Origin: Tubiluchus corallicola
Lineage: Eukaryota > Animalia > Priapulida
Length of the DNA: 64,000 nucleotides
Assembly: GCA_030141605.1 (NCBI GenBank)
Contig: JAQGDQ010000035.1
Span: 62,001-126,000 of the forward strand
Reading direction: 5' to 3'
Made by a program: the position numbers and the translations under genes. Positions 51,989 to 64,000 of this stretch are shown one piece after another. A model generated the notes under the pieces. The model searched no databases. It saw only the letters and a list, made by a program, of their open reading frames with translations, and was not told the DNA's origin. Numbering within the stretch: position 1 is the first letter of the stretch; each line of letters begins with the position of its first letter.

Positions 51989-54900
51989 ATGTCACTGAGA
52001 ACGCTACCGATCCTCTTCATTAATTTGGGAGGCGAGATGATGTATATATTAGCTCAGAGATTAAGAGCACAAAATATACCTTCTGAAAAGTCAGTAAAAG
52101 GTTAGACTTTTGATTCTTATTATATTATCATCATCATTCTCATTATCATCATTTCATCGTTAATATAAGTATATAAATCATTTTGTCTGCCATTCTTTGT
52201 GCTGTGCAAAGAACTGCTCTGTGTTTAAAGTGTTTATTATGATAGAGCTTTTGGATATTTTTGTCAAAATATTTTCAATAACAACTGATTAATTATGATT
52301 GTTAATTGACAACATTGTAATTTAAATTTCTTAGTGATGTCATCTTAATTTCCAGCTTTTAGGCTTCTGGGTGTAACTCAAGCATTTGTAGGACCAGCTT
52401 ATTCCATATTTTCAAGTGATACTTAAAGGCCTGTATAACCCCAATAGACATTGAAGTTTTTTTAATGCATTATTATGGTTACACAAAGGATTTATAGTCA
52501 TTATTATACAAAAGAGACTTATAAATTAAATAACTTACCTTTTTCTTGTAACTCATAACTTTGATTTCGAACTCATTGCCGTATGCAAACTGTGCATTGC
52601 CGTAAGGATCTCCGTGTTTCGCGTCTTTGGCGCGAGTGAGCAAGAGTAACGTACGAGGCACAGAAAGTGTTTCTGATTACCGATGTTTGTTTACTAATCT
52701 TTGGGGGCCTCGTGACTGTATTCATGAAGGTATTCATCTCACTCAATAAAAAATGGCTGTTCTTCACATGTAATACCGCTAACAACAAAGTGCTAAAAAG
52801 TCAAAAGAACCAAGTTTTGCATATAGTAATATGCATAGAAGGTTATAATAAAATAAATTAAATATTCATAATGAGAGTAGGATTTTAAGATGTAAAAGCT
52901 TATATTATAGTGAGGATTTAGTTTGACTTTAAATGCACGTTTATAATTCTTTCTGTGTAAAATGCTATCATGTTACAATAATGTACATGTTGTTTGATTT
53001 TTCAGTTCTACATGATATAGTTAGCACGATGTTTAACAAGCGTTTTATGGATGAGTTATTCAAACCACAGGAACTTTATTCAAAGAAAGCAATGAGAACT
53101 GTTTTTGATAAGCTGGCTCATGCATCAATTATGCGACTAAACTCAGCCAGTATGGACAAGGTTTGCACACTTGTTTTAAGATATCCATTTTTTTCAGTAG
53201 CTTTAAATCGTTCACACAAGCATATATATAAAATTATACTCTGCAATTGATAATAATGATGAGATGTTTCCTCATTATATCCAATGTACTCATTGTATCC
53301 AATGTTATATGACGTACTGTGTACCGGAAAAGGTGCAAGCTAAATTTCTGCAAATTGGCTTTCAATATTTTGTTTGTGAAGTGATATTTTACGATGGACT
53401 AGTGCAACGCTAATTGATTACCAACTGTGCAAATAAATTATGTAACTGTAACAATGCTAAGAATGTTCAAGACAAGACTGTCTCTAGGTAGAATGATGAT
53501 GATTTGCTTTCAGCATTTGTATCTGTAGTTATGGACTTTAATGTTTAACCATTAAACCTTTGCTCGATGAACACTTACTAAGTAATAAGAAGCAACAATT
53601 TTATTTGCTGAACTAAGATGTGTGTGCTTTGTGCACAATTTATGTGCTTGAAAATTATTGCATCGGATCTTCCTTGCAAATTCATTAACATTTCCTGCAC
53701 ACTTTTTTTTACAACATTAGTTGATTTTGCCAATAAGAACATTTTTTAAATTTACCAAGTTTCTTTTACCGAGAATGCTTGTGTAAGCACTATTGTTTTT
53801 TTAGTTATATGATTTGATGACCATGGCTTTTAAATATCAAGTGTCGATGGTTCTGCAGCCGTCTCATCTTCTGCTGGTAACACTCAATCACATGGATGCT
53901 ATCCGTGACTTTGTAGTGGAGTCACCATCCATAACCTTGCAAGTTGAGAATGTGTACAGTCTATTACAGCAGGTTTTGTTCTTTCTATATTGTCTTGTTC
54001 AAAAGTAAGTCATTCTTGGTAAAGAATTTTGTTATTACTTGCAGTGTTTTTGATTAATTGGTAAACTAGTTTGGCCGTAATAATGTATGAAGCAGTTTTT
54101 CTTTCAAATTGTGTTGATTGTATAAAATTAATGTAGTGTAAACTGTTGTTGATACACTGCAGTATGGCAAGTAAATTGTTTAGTAAAAAAATTACATAGG
54201 AATTAATAATGTTTTACAGAATTATGGGAACATGGCACTTGGAGAGTTCTGCCTTGTGAGACAAACCCTACTGTGTTTCTTTCAAGATATGCATATCAGA
54301 GTGAGTATATTGCAATTATATTTGTTACAAATGATAGGCTTTTCTTAGTTCAATGTGGGTTGTTACGAAACCGGAACTAGAGGTTTCGGTTTCAGTCTGG
54401 TTTCGGTAAGCACTGGAACAGTGCTTAGTAAACGCAATGCAATCATTAGTAATAAATCAGTGCTGTTGAAATCTGTAACTTACTTGTTTATCATAAACTT
54501 CTTCAAAATATTGAACTAAATATTTAATCCGAAGAAAAAATACAAAGCTCACGTCTGTGTGATGCCATTACAATAAATCCTCACTGACAGTGAAATGATG
54601 ACAATCCCTGCTGTGGCTTAAAAATTCTTTGCAATGTGCCAGGAAAACATCAGCTTTACAATATCTAAATGTTACAGTGGAAAGTATAGTAGAGTAGTGA
54701 CTGGAAAAGCTGAGAGTGCATTTGGCACATGACATGTAGATATGGGATGGTAGAGCTAGTTGTAATTCGCTGTAATACTTGTATGAATAAATTCCACTTT
54801 TGGCACTTGAGCTTTAATGAAGCATTTGCGAAGGTAGACTTTCCTGTGATCAAGACTAACAAGCACTGTTCAACTACATTGATATCATGAAACAAATTTG

Positions 54901-57900
54901 TCTGTTCCGGCTTAGTTCCGTTCCAAAATTCAGTTAGCATTCCTCTCACCCTCCGTTTTCGGTTACCTAGATGCCCATAAGAACCCTAAGTCTAATATAA
55001 GTTTAATGTTGAGTGAACTTCAAAGTTAAAGTGTTTAACCTAGTTTAAAACATATTTAGGCCTTTAGTAGCTGGTGACTAATTGTTATTGGTAATGGTGT
55101 TTATACTGCCGAATGCATCTTTACTGCTAACCTATTTGCATAAACAGGCCAAAGTTCTTTAGTTTCCTTTTTTTTATTAAACTAGAAGTTATAATGTATA
55201 TAAGTATCTATGGTTTCCAAGACTAAGGTTGTAATGGCTTTACACCTTTTTTATGATTCGTACAGCAAAATATGACGTCTGGAATTGTTGTCTTCCCTTT
55301 TTGAATCAGGACCACCGAAAGTAGTGGGAAGAGAAAAAATTCCATTTTTGCATTCTTACCTGCTTTTTTGCAGTACTTATATTCTACTCGTTGACTTTGA
55401 ATATGGGGTCGAAGGAGTAGGAGTTAGCTAGGAATTATAATGGTCGGAATTATAGGCCTTTTAGATTTTGTGGATGGCCCACGATTTCCTGCTGTCAGTA
55501 TTTTTTAGAACTCATTCACCCGTAGCATTTTATGACAGCTTCAGGGAGGATTCTGTTGCTCTTTTGAAAGACAAAAAGTAGATTATGTCATAATGTGAAT
55601 TACTTTTTAAAAATATTGTTATTAGGGTAAATGCCAGTGTGTAATTCAGAGTTCTGTTGCAGTGATTCATTCACTAGAAGTATAGGACCCATTAGCAATT
55701 TTGGTTCTTTTCTGTCCCATAGCTACATATTAGCTAAATTTACTACTATGTAAGTAATTATCTGTTATCTTATTGCTATTATTCAAGAATAGTAAACAAA
55801 TACTACGTGAGGTGTTTGCACATTATTGATTATAATTCAGTTTGTGAACAAAATGTTTTCATGGACTGTCTACTTATACATGTAATAATTATTCATTACC
55901 ATTAACATTGTTTTCAGGTATCCATCTTTCTGAAGGATAAAGTACAAAACATAAATGGACGATTTGCTATTCCAACTAGTGGCGCCGTCCCTAATGGAAC
56001 AGAAGTACCAGGCACTATTAGGTTAGTATTGTATTACTGATATACATGTGCAGGCAATGTGTAAAATTTGGACATTGTACAAAGTCTTGATACAGCAAAA
56101 TGATATTTGTGTTACACACCAATCAAAGTTAATTACGCATCTAAAATTGACGAGAATTTATGGCTTCGTTCCAGTGGTAAAACTTATCAAGAATCACTGT
56201 TTGGTAACAGTGTATGTCAGTACAGTGAGGCTGATTGCCAAGTAATGCAGTGTATGTTAATAATATTGGCTGTGGTTACAAGAACAAACACTTTGCGCTG
56301 TTACATTATTGGGCATGTAATACTACATGTTACAGCCATAATGCATGTAGTATTTTAAACAAAGCATTTTAGTGGTGCTGATTCGATGTAAGTAAGTAAA
56401 AATTCTATTTTGAACTAACAGTTCTAGAACACACATAATATATAATTGGCACTCCATAAAATGCTTAGGCATTCTATAGAATATCCAGTTTTACACTTTG
56501 CATCTTATAATATAGTTCAGCCGCTGTTAAATATACCAATAATATTTGATAAATTACCAACAATGAGTTATTGTGTAATAGGACCAGATGAATTCAAAAT
56601 TTTGGATTAAATGTTGGATTTCTTACTAAGGTATTAACACCTAGCTTGGTTGCCAAACTGTTGATGTAAAAATCACACATGTTGTAACTGTAATTCATCT
56701 TGCCAGTAACTGTTTGTTTAGCTACATATATACTACTGAATTTTCTTTTCATTTTTCTTTTACTTAATTTTTCCTTTTAGACTATTCAATGGAGAAGGTG
56801 AACTCATTAAGACCACACATTTTTCTCCAGGCGGTAATTATTACTGCAGTGTAAAAGAAGGCTCTACAGAAAATTTGGGAGATCGCATTACAAACTTGGG
56901 AAAAAACATGTTAGTTACGTCTTATGTACATATGCTCTCAGCGCTGCATACTTTACAGTCTTTTAACAGCAAAGAAGTGCTTGAAAAATTATCAAAAATT
57001 TATAAAAACAACACAGGTTTCAGTTTCTTGTAATCGAAAAACAATGTGCAACTTAGGACAAATTATTTTGTTAAGATTATGACTTATACCAATGCTAGCT
57101 TTTACCACAGCTACAACTTTAACAAACGCTTTGATTGTGAATTTTTGTTTGAGAATAGGTAAATGTTATTATACTGTACTTACTATACAATGGACAGCTT
57201 TGTACTAAATTAATAACTAGTGTTCACATAGGTAGTAAAAGTCAGATTCAGGTATCCTTTCCCTTATACCCGTCGGGTACCCCGTTGTTAAGATTCAACA
57301 GCAGCAAAGAAATTGAAATCATTTTTGTCATAAATAAGGACAATCACTGGTGCATTTTAACTATTAGCATTGTTATGTTAGCAACAACCATTTAGTTATT
57401 ACATGCTAATGGCCTGAACACACAAGCAGTGAATCACCAAAGTTTGTATTTTGCCACACAAGGCATGTGACTGAATTTTTATCTGCGGGTCTTGTTAATT
57501 ACTTAACTTGCATGCTTTATCAATGAGTCAGCTACGTCAGCTGAATCCAGTCAGCCTAGGTACTGCACTGAGCATTATTAATGCAGCATAGATATTAGGG
57601 GAATAAAACAATCTATATTAACTCTTTTGTGTGTTGTTAAATTTAACAGTTCATTTATTCATATTCGTATAATTAACATCTTAAACAAATCTTTATTTTT
57701 TTGTAAGTCACCTCTGTGACAAAATTTATTTGATCTGCTATCTCACCCTGCTGGTCTGGCACACTGCCAACACAACAGTTAATAGTCTGTTAGTACCTAC
57801 TGCAGAAGTGCACAGCAGCAGATGACATTTAAATTTTTAGTGCTCTGACTAATGGATTACAGTCGTAGTACAAATAATGTCTGCATTTTTATTGTCGGAA

Positions 57901-60476
57901 CCGAGTAGAAATATCAGGTTCGGATAATAAACAATGCAGGTAGTTACTCTGGTACCTGGTACTCGATGGAAACACTAGTAATGATGTAATTTCTCTAATT
58001 TATAAAGAAGAAATTTTATTAAAATAATAAAAAAATATGATTAAGGAGTTTTTACCCTTACTACCCTTTTATTATTTTAATAGTCTGCTTTTCTAAGCTC
58101 AAATATTTCACATTTAATTAGCCGACTGAAACTATCCACAAATGTTCAAAATCACCATGTTTAGTAAATATTTATTGCTACTTTTGATAAATTTGTTTGC
58201 TACTTGGTACAATACTGTTTTAAAATTTCAGGTACATTTTATCTAAACCAATCGATACTACAACAATCAATGAAGGCTTGTCTGAACAAGGTTCTGAATT
58301 TGGTCTTTCTAAGGTAATAATAAAAATAATAAATTCGAAATTTATATATAATTTACCTAATAATACATATATTTTAAAAACAAAGAATTTATTTGTTTTG
58401 TTTTTAAAATATATATTTTTATATATTATAATATAAAAAAATATATTTTAAAAGAATTTATGTGTTTTTGTTGCTCAGTCTGAATTATTTTGGTGGTCAT
58501 TGAGACACAATATAAATCTTGTCCCAAAATACTTTGATGAACATTTCTCTTAAGCAGTTGCTGGTGGTTGAAACTACAATAATACATGTGAGCCTTGATT
58601 CATAAGCATTAGCTAGTCTTGGTGGTATCTTTATTACGTAAATCATTTGCAACCTGAGATATTTTATTTAATTGCATCCTCAGAAAAACAGTGCATCTAT
58701 CTATTATTGCTGTTGCAATTGTTACCTAATTTAAGGTGATCTTGTAAGAATTAATGCAGTTTCCATTAATGATTTTCTTGATCTTAAGAACCATTTGTTA
58801 TGGTCATGTCTTATCTATCTACTTTACAGGACAATTCACAGTCGAATGTTTTGGCCAAAGCTGAGTTAAACCTTCTTGCACAGCTGGTGGGTAGCCTGGC
58901 AGGTGAGAAAAAAGTGCCAGAATTCCGCCTGAATTTGTTCAATACCGATGAAGAAGAAGAAGAAGCTGCATCATTAGCTCCTCCTAGTGAGCCTAGATCA
59001 GAAGTGATTACGATCGATGCATCAAAGGTATACTTTTTATCTAAAACAGTTTTTATCTTTCGTGACTAAAATGCTATATGTTCCAAACTAGTTTTTATGT
59101 TTATTTCTTTATACGAATCATCCCAAACAAGGTGCCCATAGCTACTGAAAACAAAGGAAGTTAAAGTTATGAAGTGAAAAATTTGAACCCTGCAGGTCCA
59201 GAGACAGCTAATTCTTATAACCAGTTTGTTAGTGACAGGTTTTATGTGTTCTTCTTAAAACAAATAAGCTTGTAGTTAACAGGTATTCTTAAAATTGTCT
59301 GCTAGAAAATTCCTCAGATAAAAAACTGGATTTATAAATTATTAACCTGCATCTAGGAATGTCAATAGAAGCGAGTATTTGAGCAAAATGCCTGCATTTA
59401 GGAGGCAGTAAACAGATACAGGAAGTCGTCGACTTATGACCTAGAATATACGGGTCCCAGAATATACCTGTCCGTCAGTTCTGATTTTGGTAAAAAGTCG
59501 AGCACTACCTGTATCTGAAAAACACTTTCTGTAAAGATGGATGTAAAATAAGCTTACCAACATGGTTTCAATGAGCAAGGGGTTGACTCAAAATCAGACC
59601 CAACTATGTTGACAATAGGATTTTACAATCTGCTGTTAAGGTAATAAGCTGAGAAAGAAACCCTAATGTGGCTGCAATACTCAGTGCAAGGTTGTACAGC
59701 CAATTTCAAGCATATATAGCATCAGGAGTTTGAGTATGGTACACCGACACATTCTCCCTTTTTATATTTTCTTCATTTTTTATTTCCCTTTCATCTGAAG
59801 TGCAAATCATGAATATAAGCCATGAGCAGGGCTGGATTACCCTATAGGCTGGTATATATCAACCTAGTGCCCTCAAGCTTGGGGCTCATTCTTTGCATTG
59901 CTGAATAATTCATAATTTAAAATGAAATTTTAACTTTAAAAAGAGGGCTAGGAAGTCTGGAAATCCAATGTAAAGTGGCTCTTCATTTGTGATAAAGGAT
60001 TGCTGTTTGAGGCCTTTTATTTGAGACAAATGGCCCCTGTTTGAGGCCCTTTCTTTGATATAAAAGCCCTTCTTTGAAGCCCTTTATTTGAAATATGTGG
60101 CCTCCAGCTATGCAAATGTTGCTGAAATATATCACAAGTAAAAAATATTCGAGACGAGTGCAAGCAAATTAGAGGGTGGCTTCGTCTGAGGGCCCCATAA
60201 TTTAATTAGCCTACTGGCTCCAAAATGTCATAATCCAGCCCTGGCCATAAGACTAAGCAAATGAATATACCAGTAATCAGAAAGAAATAAAACATTAATA
60301 TATATGGTAAGCAACAAATTTTAAGACATTTTATAAATCTTATTTATATACAGACAAACTATGGGAGCACATTAGAGAAGCTGGTTGGTGACATGTCGGT
60401 TGATGACGGTAAAGAACACACAGTAACCAACGAGGGGGAGGATCTTTTGACGCTTATGGATTCGGCTGATAAGTAA
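51989..60476 (+). CDS. OSCP1: Organic solute carrier partner 1 (OSCP1/NOR1)
   Basis: 9 exons: 51989-52100, 53006-53160, 53805-53972, 54220-54300, 55918-56021, 56781-56909, 58232-58313, 58830-59027, 60354-60476. Sum 1152 nt = 383 aa + stop. MSLRTLPILFINLGGEMMYILAQRLRAQNIP..ELFKPQELYSKKAMRTVFDKLAHASIMRLNSASMDKLYDLMTMAFKYQV..FFQDMHIRVSIFLKDKVQN..EDLLTLMD. Confidence 0.95.
54355..54988. mobile_element. hAT-like MITE
   Basis: GTGGGTTGTTACG ... CATAAGAACCCTA with near 8-bp TSD agttcaat/agtctaat and repeated tttcgg motifs. Confidence 0.6.
57218..57977. mobile_element. hAT-like MITE
   Basis: TAGTGTT ... AACACTA termini, ggtacc/taccc subterminal motifs, degenerate 8-bp TSD ttaataac/gtaatgat. Confidence 0.55.
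59419..59511. mobile_element. 93-bp Tigger-like MITE
   Basis: TA|CAGGAAGTCGTCGACTTATGACC ... GGTAAAAAGTCGAGCACTACCTG|TA. Confidence 0.7.
59827..60243. mobile_element. hAT-like MITE with internal degenerate ~16/32-bp tandem repeats
   Basis: gccatgag|CAGGGCTGGATTA ... TAATCCAGCCCTG|gccataag: perfect 13-bp TIR and 7/8 TSD. Confidence 0.9.
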
Positions 60477-61784
60477 TCGGACGAAGATGTGGGTGATTAC
60501 CCCTCAGTCTGTCAGTGTACTCACATTTACAGCTTTTTTTGGCTGTTTCTAGTCATTAGAAGAACTTCTCATTCAGTTTAAAGTTATTTGCTTTGTCTTC
60601 GTAACTTTATTAACTACTTATGTTGTAGTCATCTGTACTATTTTTTCAAGTACATTAAAAAAACTGAAGCGCATTTCAACATAAAGTAATTAAGTAATTA
60701 TCTTAAGGGGAATAAGACTTAATTGTAAACTATAGCTAAAAGTAATCTAATGTATAAAATATTGAAAGTAAAATAGAACACAACTATTCTTTTTCTAAGT
60801 GAATTATGGGAAAGAATTATTGCCACGAAAGTGTAATTTTGGTCTTTAGTTTTAATTTTTTAATGATGGACGCATCTTGGAAAATCGTTACACAAAAAAC
60901 AGTCACTGTAGCTCGCAGTTCAGTTCTGATGTGACACACATTGTGGTGTGTGGAATGAAATCGCATAACGACATAACTGTGAGCTTGGAATTTAAGTTTT
61001 TAAAGATAAATTAACCATAACGATTAAAAGTAATTTTTGTGTATCACTCTCAAAGTTGTACATGACCCGTCACACTGTATTTGAATTTTTCTTTCTCAGA
61101 CACATGCATCATGCTCATGGAATGTGTCGCTGCCCATTTGTAAAATTTTGTTTGGTTCTGACTTCATCACTAAGGGTGAGAAACCAAACCGAATTTCGAG
61201 GTCTTGAAACGGAATCGAATTCGAAATCAGTTTTAAAGATTTTCAAATCATTATTTTTCAGATCGTCTCACAAAGATCATGCTTATTACTTGATTTTATT
61301 TTAAAGTAAAAAACTAATGACTACTTTGAAAATATTACACAATAATCACACCTAAATTATGTTGATTGCATGCTGTTTCAAACGTTTTAATGACAAAGAA
61401 TGTGTGTACTTTAAGTGTTGAATTATTCTAATTTAGGTTTATCGCTTGCTGTACTTGTCAGCTGTTAAGTTTTTAGGCTGTCATTTAGTATTCAAAAACA
61501 CTTTGGCATTTTTATTGGTCTGATTATAATATATGCTTTTTACTCTACTTCAAAATAGAACAGGATATGAAAAATAATCCTGTTTTCCTTTAAAACCTGT
61601 AGTGCTTGGCATTGTTGTTTAGTTTAACAAACTTGTCTTAGTAAGATAGTATTCTAAGATTTATATACATTCCCACAAATTAGCCAAAAAAGGCTATTAT
61701 GACTATTACCACTATTGATATTTAACACCTTCAAATGGTTTAGTATTCAATGTTATGCTATGTGTAAGTCGTGCTATTTATTTA

Positions 61785-62485
61785 CCGTATTTTCCCGTGT
61801 ATAAGAGACCCTTTTTTGCTCAGAATTTTCACTTTAAAAATAGGGGGTCTCTTATACATGGGAGTAAGTCTTTTCAATAAGATGCATAAATTGTGACACT
61901 AATGATTTTAAAGAAATAAGTGCTCTACAACTGTTTTATTTCGAATAATTATAGTTTCCTTTCAATAAATCTTCTCCATGGCTAAATTCTAATGATAAAA
62001 TTAATGTACCGGGTAAGTTATTATTTTTTTAAATGTCTCTTTGGTATTGGAGAGAAATCGATTGTTCTGCAGCCAATCAACGTATCTGCATAAGCTCTCT
62101 GCATGCCCGTCGACGTCATTGATACGTCGACAGAGGTCAACGAGATGAGTCAGCCTAAGCAAGGCGTGTCGCGTTCGACTATGAAGCGATATTCTTATCC
62201 TAAACCTGCGACTTGGCCAAACCTGGAGAAGTCACTGAAACACTGGGTCCAATCTCAGAGGATGAGTGGATTGTCAGTGTCTACAAAGATGATCATGGAC
62301 CAAGGGAGGAGGATTGCTAGAGAGATGGTGGAGAGCAATGAGAACGGAGAAGAGACTTGAGGAATTTAATGATTTCTATGATGAATAAAGTTATTCATTA
62401 CCAAAAAACTTTTTTCCAGAATTTTCGCCTAAAAATTGAAGGGGTCTCTTATACACAAGGGTCTCTTATACATGGGAAAATACGG
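61785..62485 (+). mobile_element. pogo-family deletion derivative retaining a CENP-B-type HTH coding remnant (ORF 62103-62360)
   Basis: TA|CCGTATTTTCCCGTGTATAAGAGACCC ... GGGTCTCTTATACATGGGAAAATACGG|TA. ORF contains WPNLEKSLKHWVQSQRMSGLSVSTKMI; acidic pogo C-terminus LEEFNDFYDE* lies in a shifted frame. Confidence 0.92.
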
Positions 62486-63540
62486 TATTTTGCAATGTGC
62501 ATTGAAATTTGTCTCTTCATACAAATACATAAATATTGAATACACATTCCAAAGTTATTATAGTTAAAGTTGGTAAATGCATGATACCAGGCTCCACTTT
62601 TTAGGGAGACTAGTCATTTGTGATTGTAGACAGTCCGTCCATGTCACTTAATTTTATGATGTTGTTTTAATTATTGTACTTTAACTTTATAATAATTGTA
62701 ACTTTCAAATATAACTATCAATACATTCCATAGCATGTGTGGCTGTTTTTCCCAGATTGTCAACATTTTTAGTATTAAAATTATAATTATAAATTTTATC
62801 AGCATTTAAATGAAATGTTAAGCTTTTTAACTTAGCAGCACAAAAAGCAAGTGCATTTTCAAAAAATTCTAATAGTGAGCCATACTTTTGTGTTTCAAGA
62901 CTAAAACGTTTTCATTAACATTATTATTCTATGTCTGTTAACTAATCATTATTGTCGTTCTTCTATGTCTGTTAGTTGTTAACATCATTGTTCTATGCCT
63001 GTTAGTGATACATATAATTATTTGCTTAGACAACCTCTAAACAAAAGTCAATCATTCATTTGCCTGATTGACACAATCTTCATGAATTTATCAAAGCATA
63101 CTATTATTTATTTGTTTGTACTACTTTTGTTTGTCAACTGTGCTACTGTGACATCTTACAAGACATACTGCATCTCCTGGTGTCATTATTCAGAGTGAAC
63201 ATAAAGTGTTTCCCTAATTAAGAAAATTATTTATTGTACAAACATTCATTTAGTTTCTTGCAGCTTATATCCTTATCTCTTTTTCTCCTTACTGGTGAAC
63301 TTCAATGTGTGCTCTATTATTTCCTGCAGCATCTAAGCGATACTCGATTTCATGCCGTTTCCTAGTAAAAACGTGAAAGAAGGAACACTTTAGGAACTAG
63401 TGAACAGTTAATCCTTCGTATGCTCCATAAAAAATACAGATGTGGTGATAGTGAAAGCGTGGCCATTGGTGTCCATCTCTCTTGCTGGTTTGAAAGTCTC
63501 AGTAGAATAACCTCGCTAAGCATTTGATCGCTGAATGCTG

Positions 63541-63973
63541 TTACTGACAATGGCAGCATTTTGACTTGGATGGTTGACTGGTTGCAGAGCCATCTGTAGG
63601 GGCAAATGTTTATACGTGTGTAAGAAAATCTATGAAATTCGTCTTCATGGTACTACATTTGTATTTAGACTGGTCTTCAAGATATGATTTTCCATAACTA
63701 GGGAAAGGCTTTGTGCTTACTCTGTATTCGTAGTGCTAAATCAATTAATACTTTGTGGAAATTAATAAATATGATGCAAAAAAATAACACAAGTATATTT
63801 TTTTCTAAATTTAATGAACTTTTTTACATTTAAGCTGACTAGCTCAAATTTCAATATCCGTTTATTGGGAAGACTAACACAGCTGTGCATATCCATCATT
63901 AAATAAACTGCTGGAAATTACTAATGGCACATTCAGACGTACAGATTTCTCTCGCAACTTGTTGCACCCTTCT
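63541..63973 (-). CDS. Probable last two coding exons of an unidentified gene ending ..RRVQQVAREIYGSATSQPSKSKCCHCQ* (possible lipidated Cys-rich tail)
   Basis: Candidate exons 63973-63943 (acceptor ttgctttcag, donor gtacgt) and 63593-63541 (acceptor cccctacag, stop TAA) join in phase 1. The rest of the gene would lie beyond the window. Confidence 0.45.
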
Positions 63974-64000
63974 CTGAAAGCAAGTTGCCCAACCATTCAC

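Noticed and set aside
52427-52850. Kolobok-like left end TTAA|AGGCCTGTATAACCCC
   Set aside because: No matching right end was found, so the boundaries cannot be supported.
57252-57260. U12-type donor consensus GTATCCTTT
   Set aside because: Lies inside a MITE in an OSCP1 intron with no upstream exon; all real donors found are ordinary U2-type GT.

Overview
AT-rich, intron-rich animal (invertebrate-like) genomic DNA, not prokaryotic. Exon chains were read by hand and keep frame across GT-AG introns. (1) 3' part of SMG1, the NMD PIKK kinase: + strand, 23 exons, 3072-30878, ending in the FATC motif LYEGWTPWV*. (2) CHMP6/VPS20: - strand, 7 coding exons, 41610-35838, tail-to-tail with SMG1. (3) An intronless SDR16C-type retinol/short-chain dehydrogenase: - strand, 45643-44696. 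(4) OSCP1: + strand, 9 exons, 51989-60476. (5) The probable last two exons of an unidentified - strand gene ending KSKCCHCQ*. Introns hold many non-autonomous DNA transposons (pogo/Tigger, Tc1/mariner, hAT-like, Kolobok-like, TGT..ACA Ginger-like), LINE 3' remnants, tRNA-derived SINEs and microsatellites. The most notable structures are an inverted pair of TGT..ACA elements bracketing the retrogene-like SDR, splice acceptors just upstream of three start codons, complementary Tigger ends around an in-frame block of three SMG1 exons, a long intronic foldback, a pogo DNA-binding-domain-only mini-ORF and a duplicated MIM2 motif in CHMP6. No database searches were run; family names come from motif recognition.
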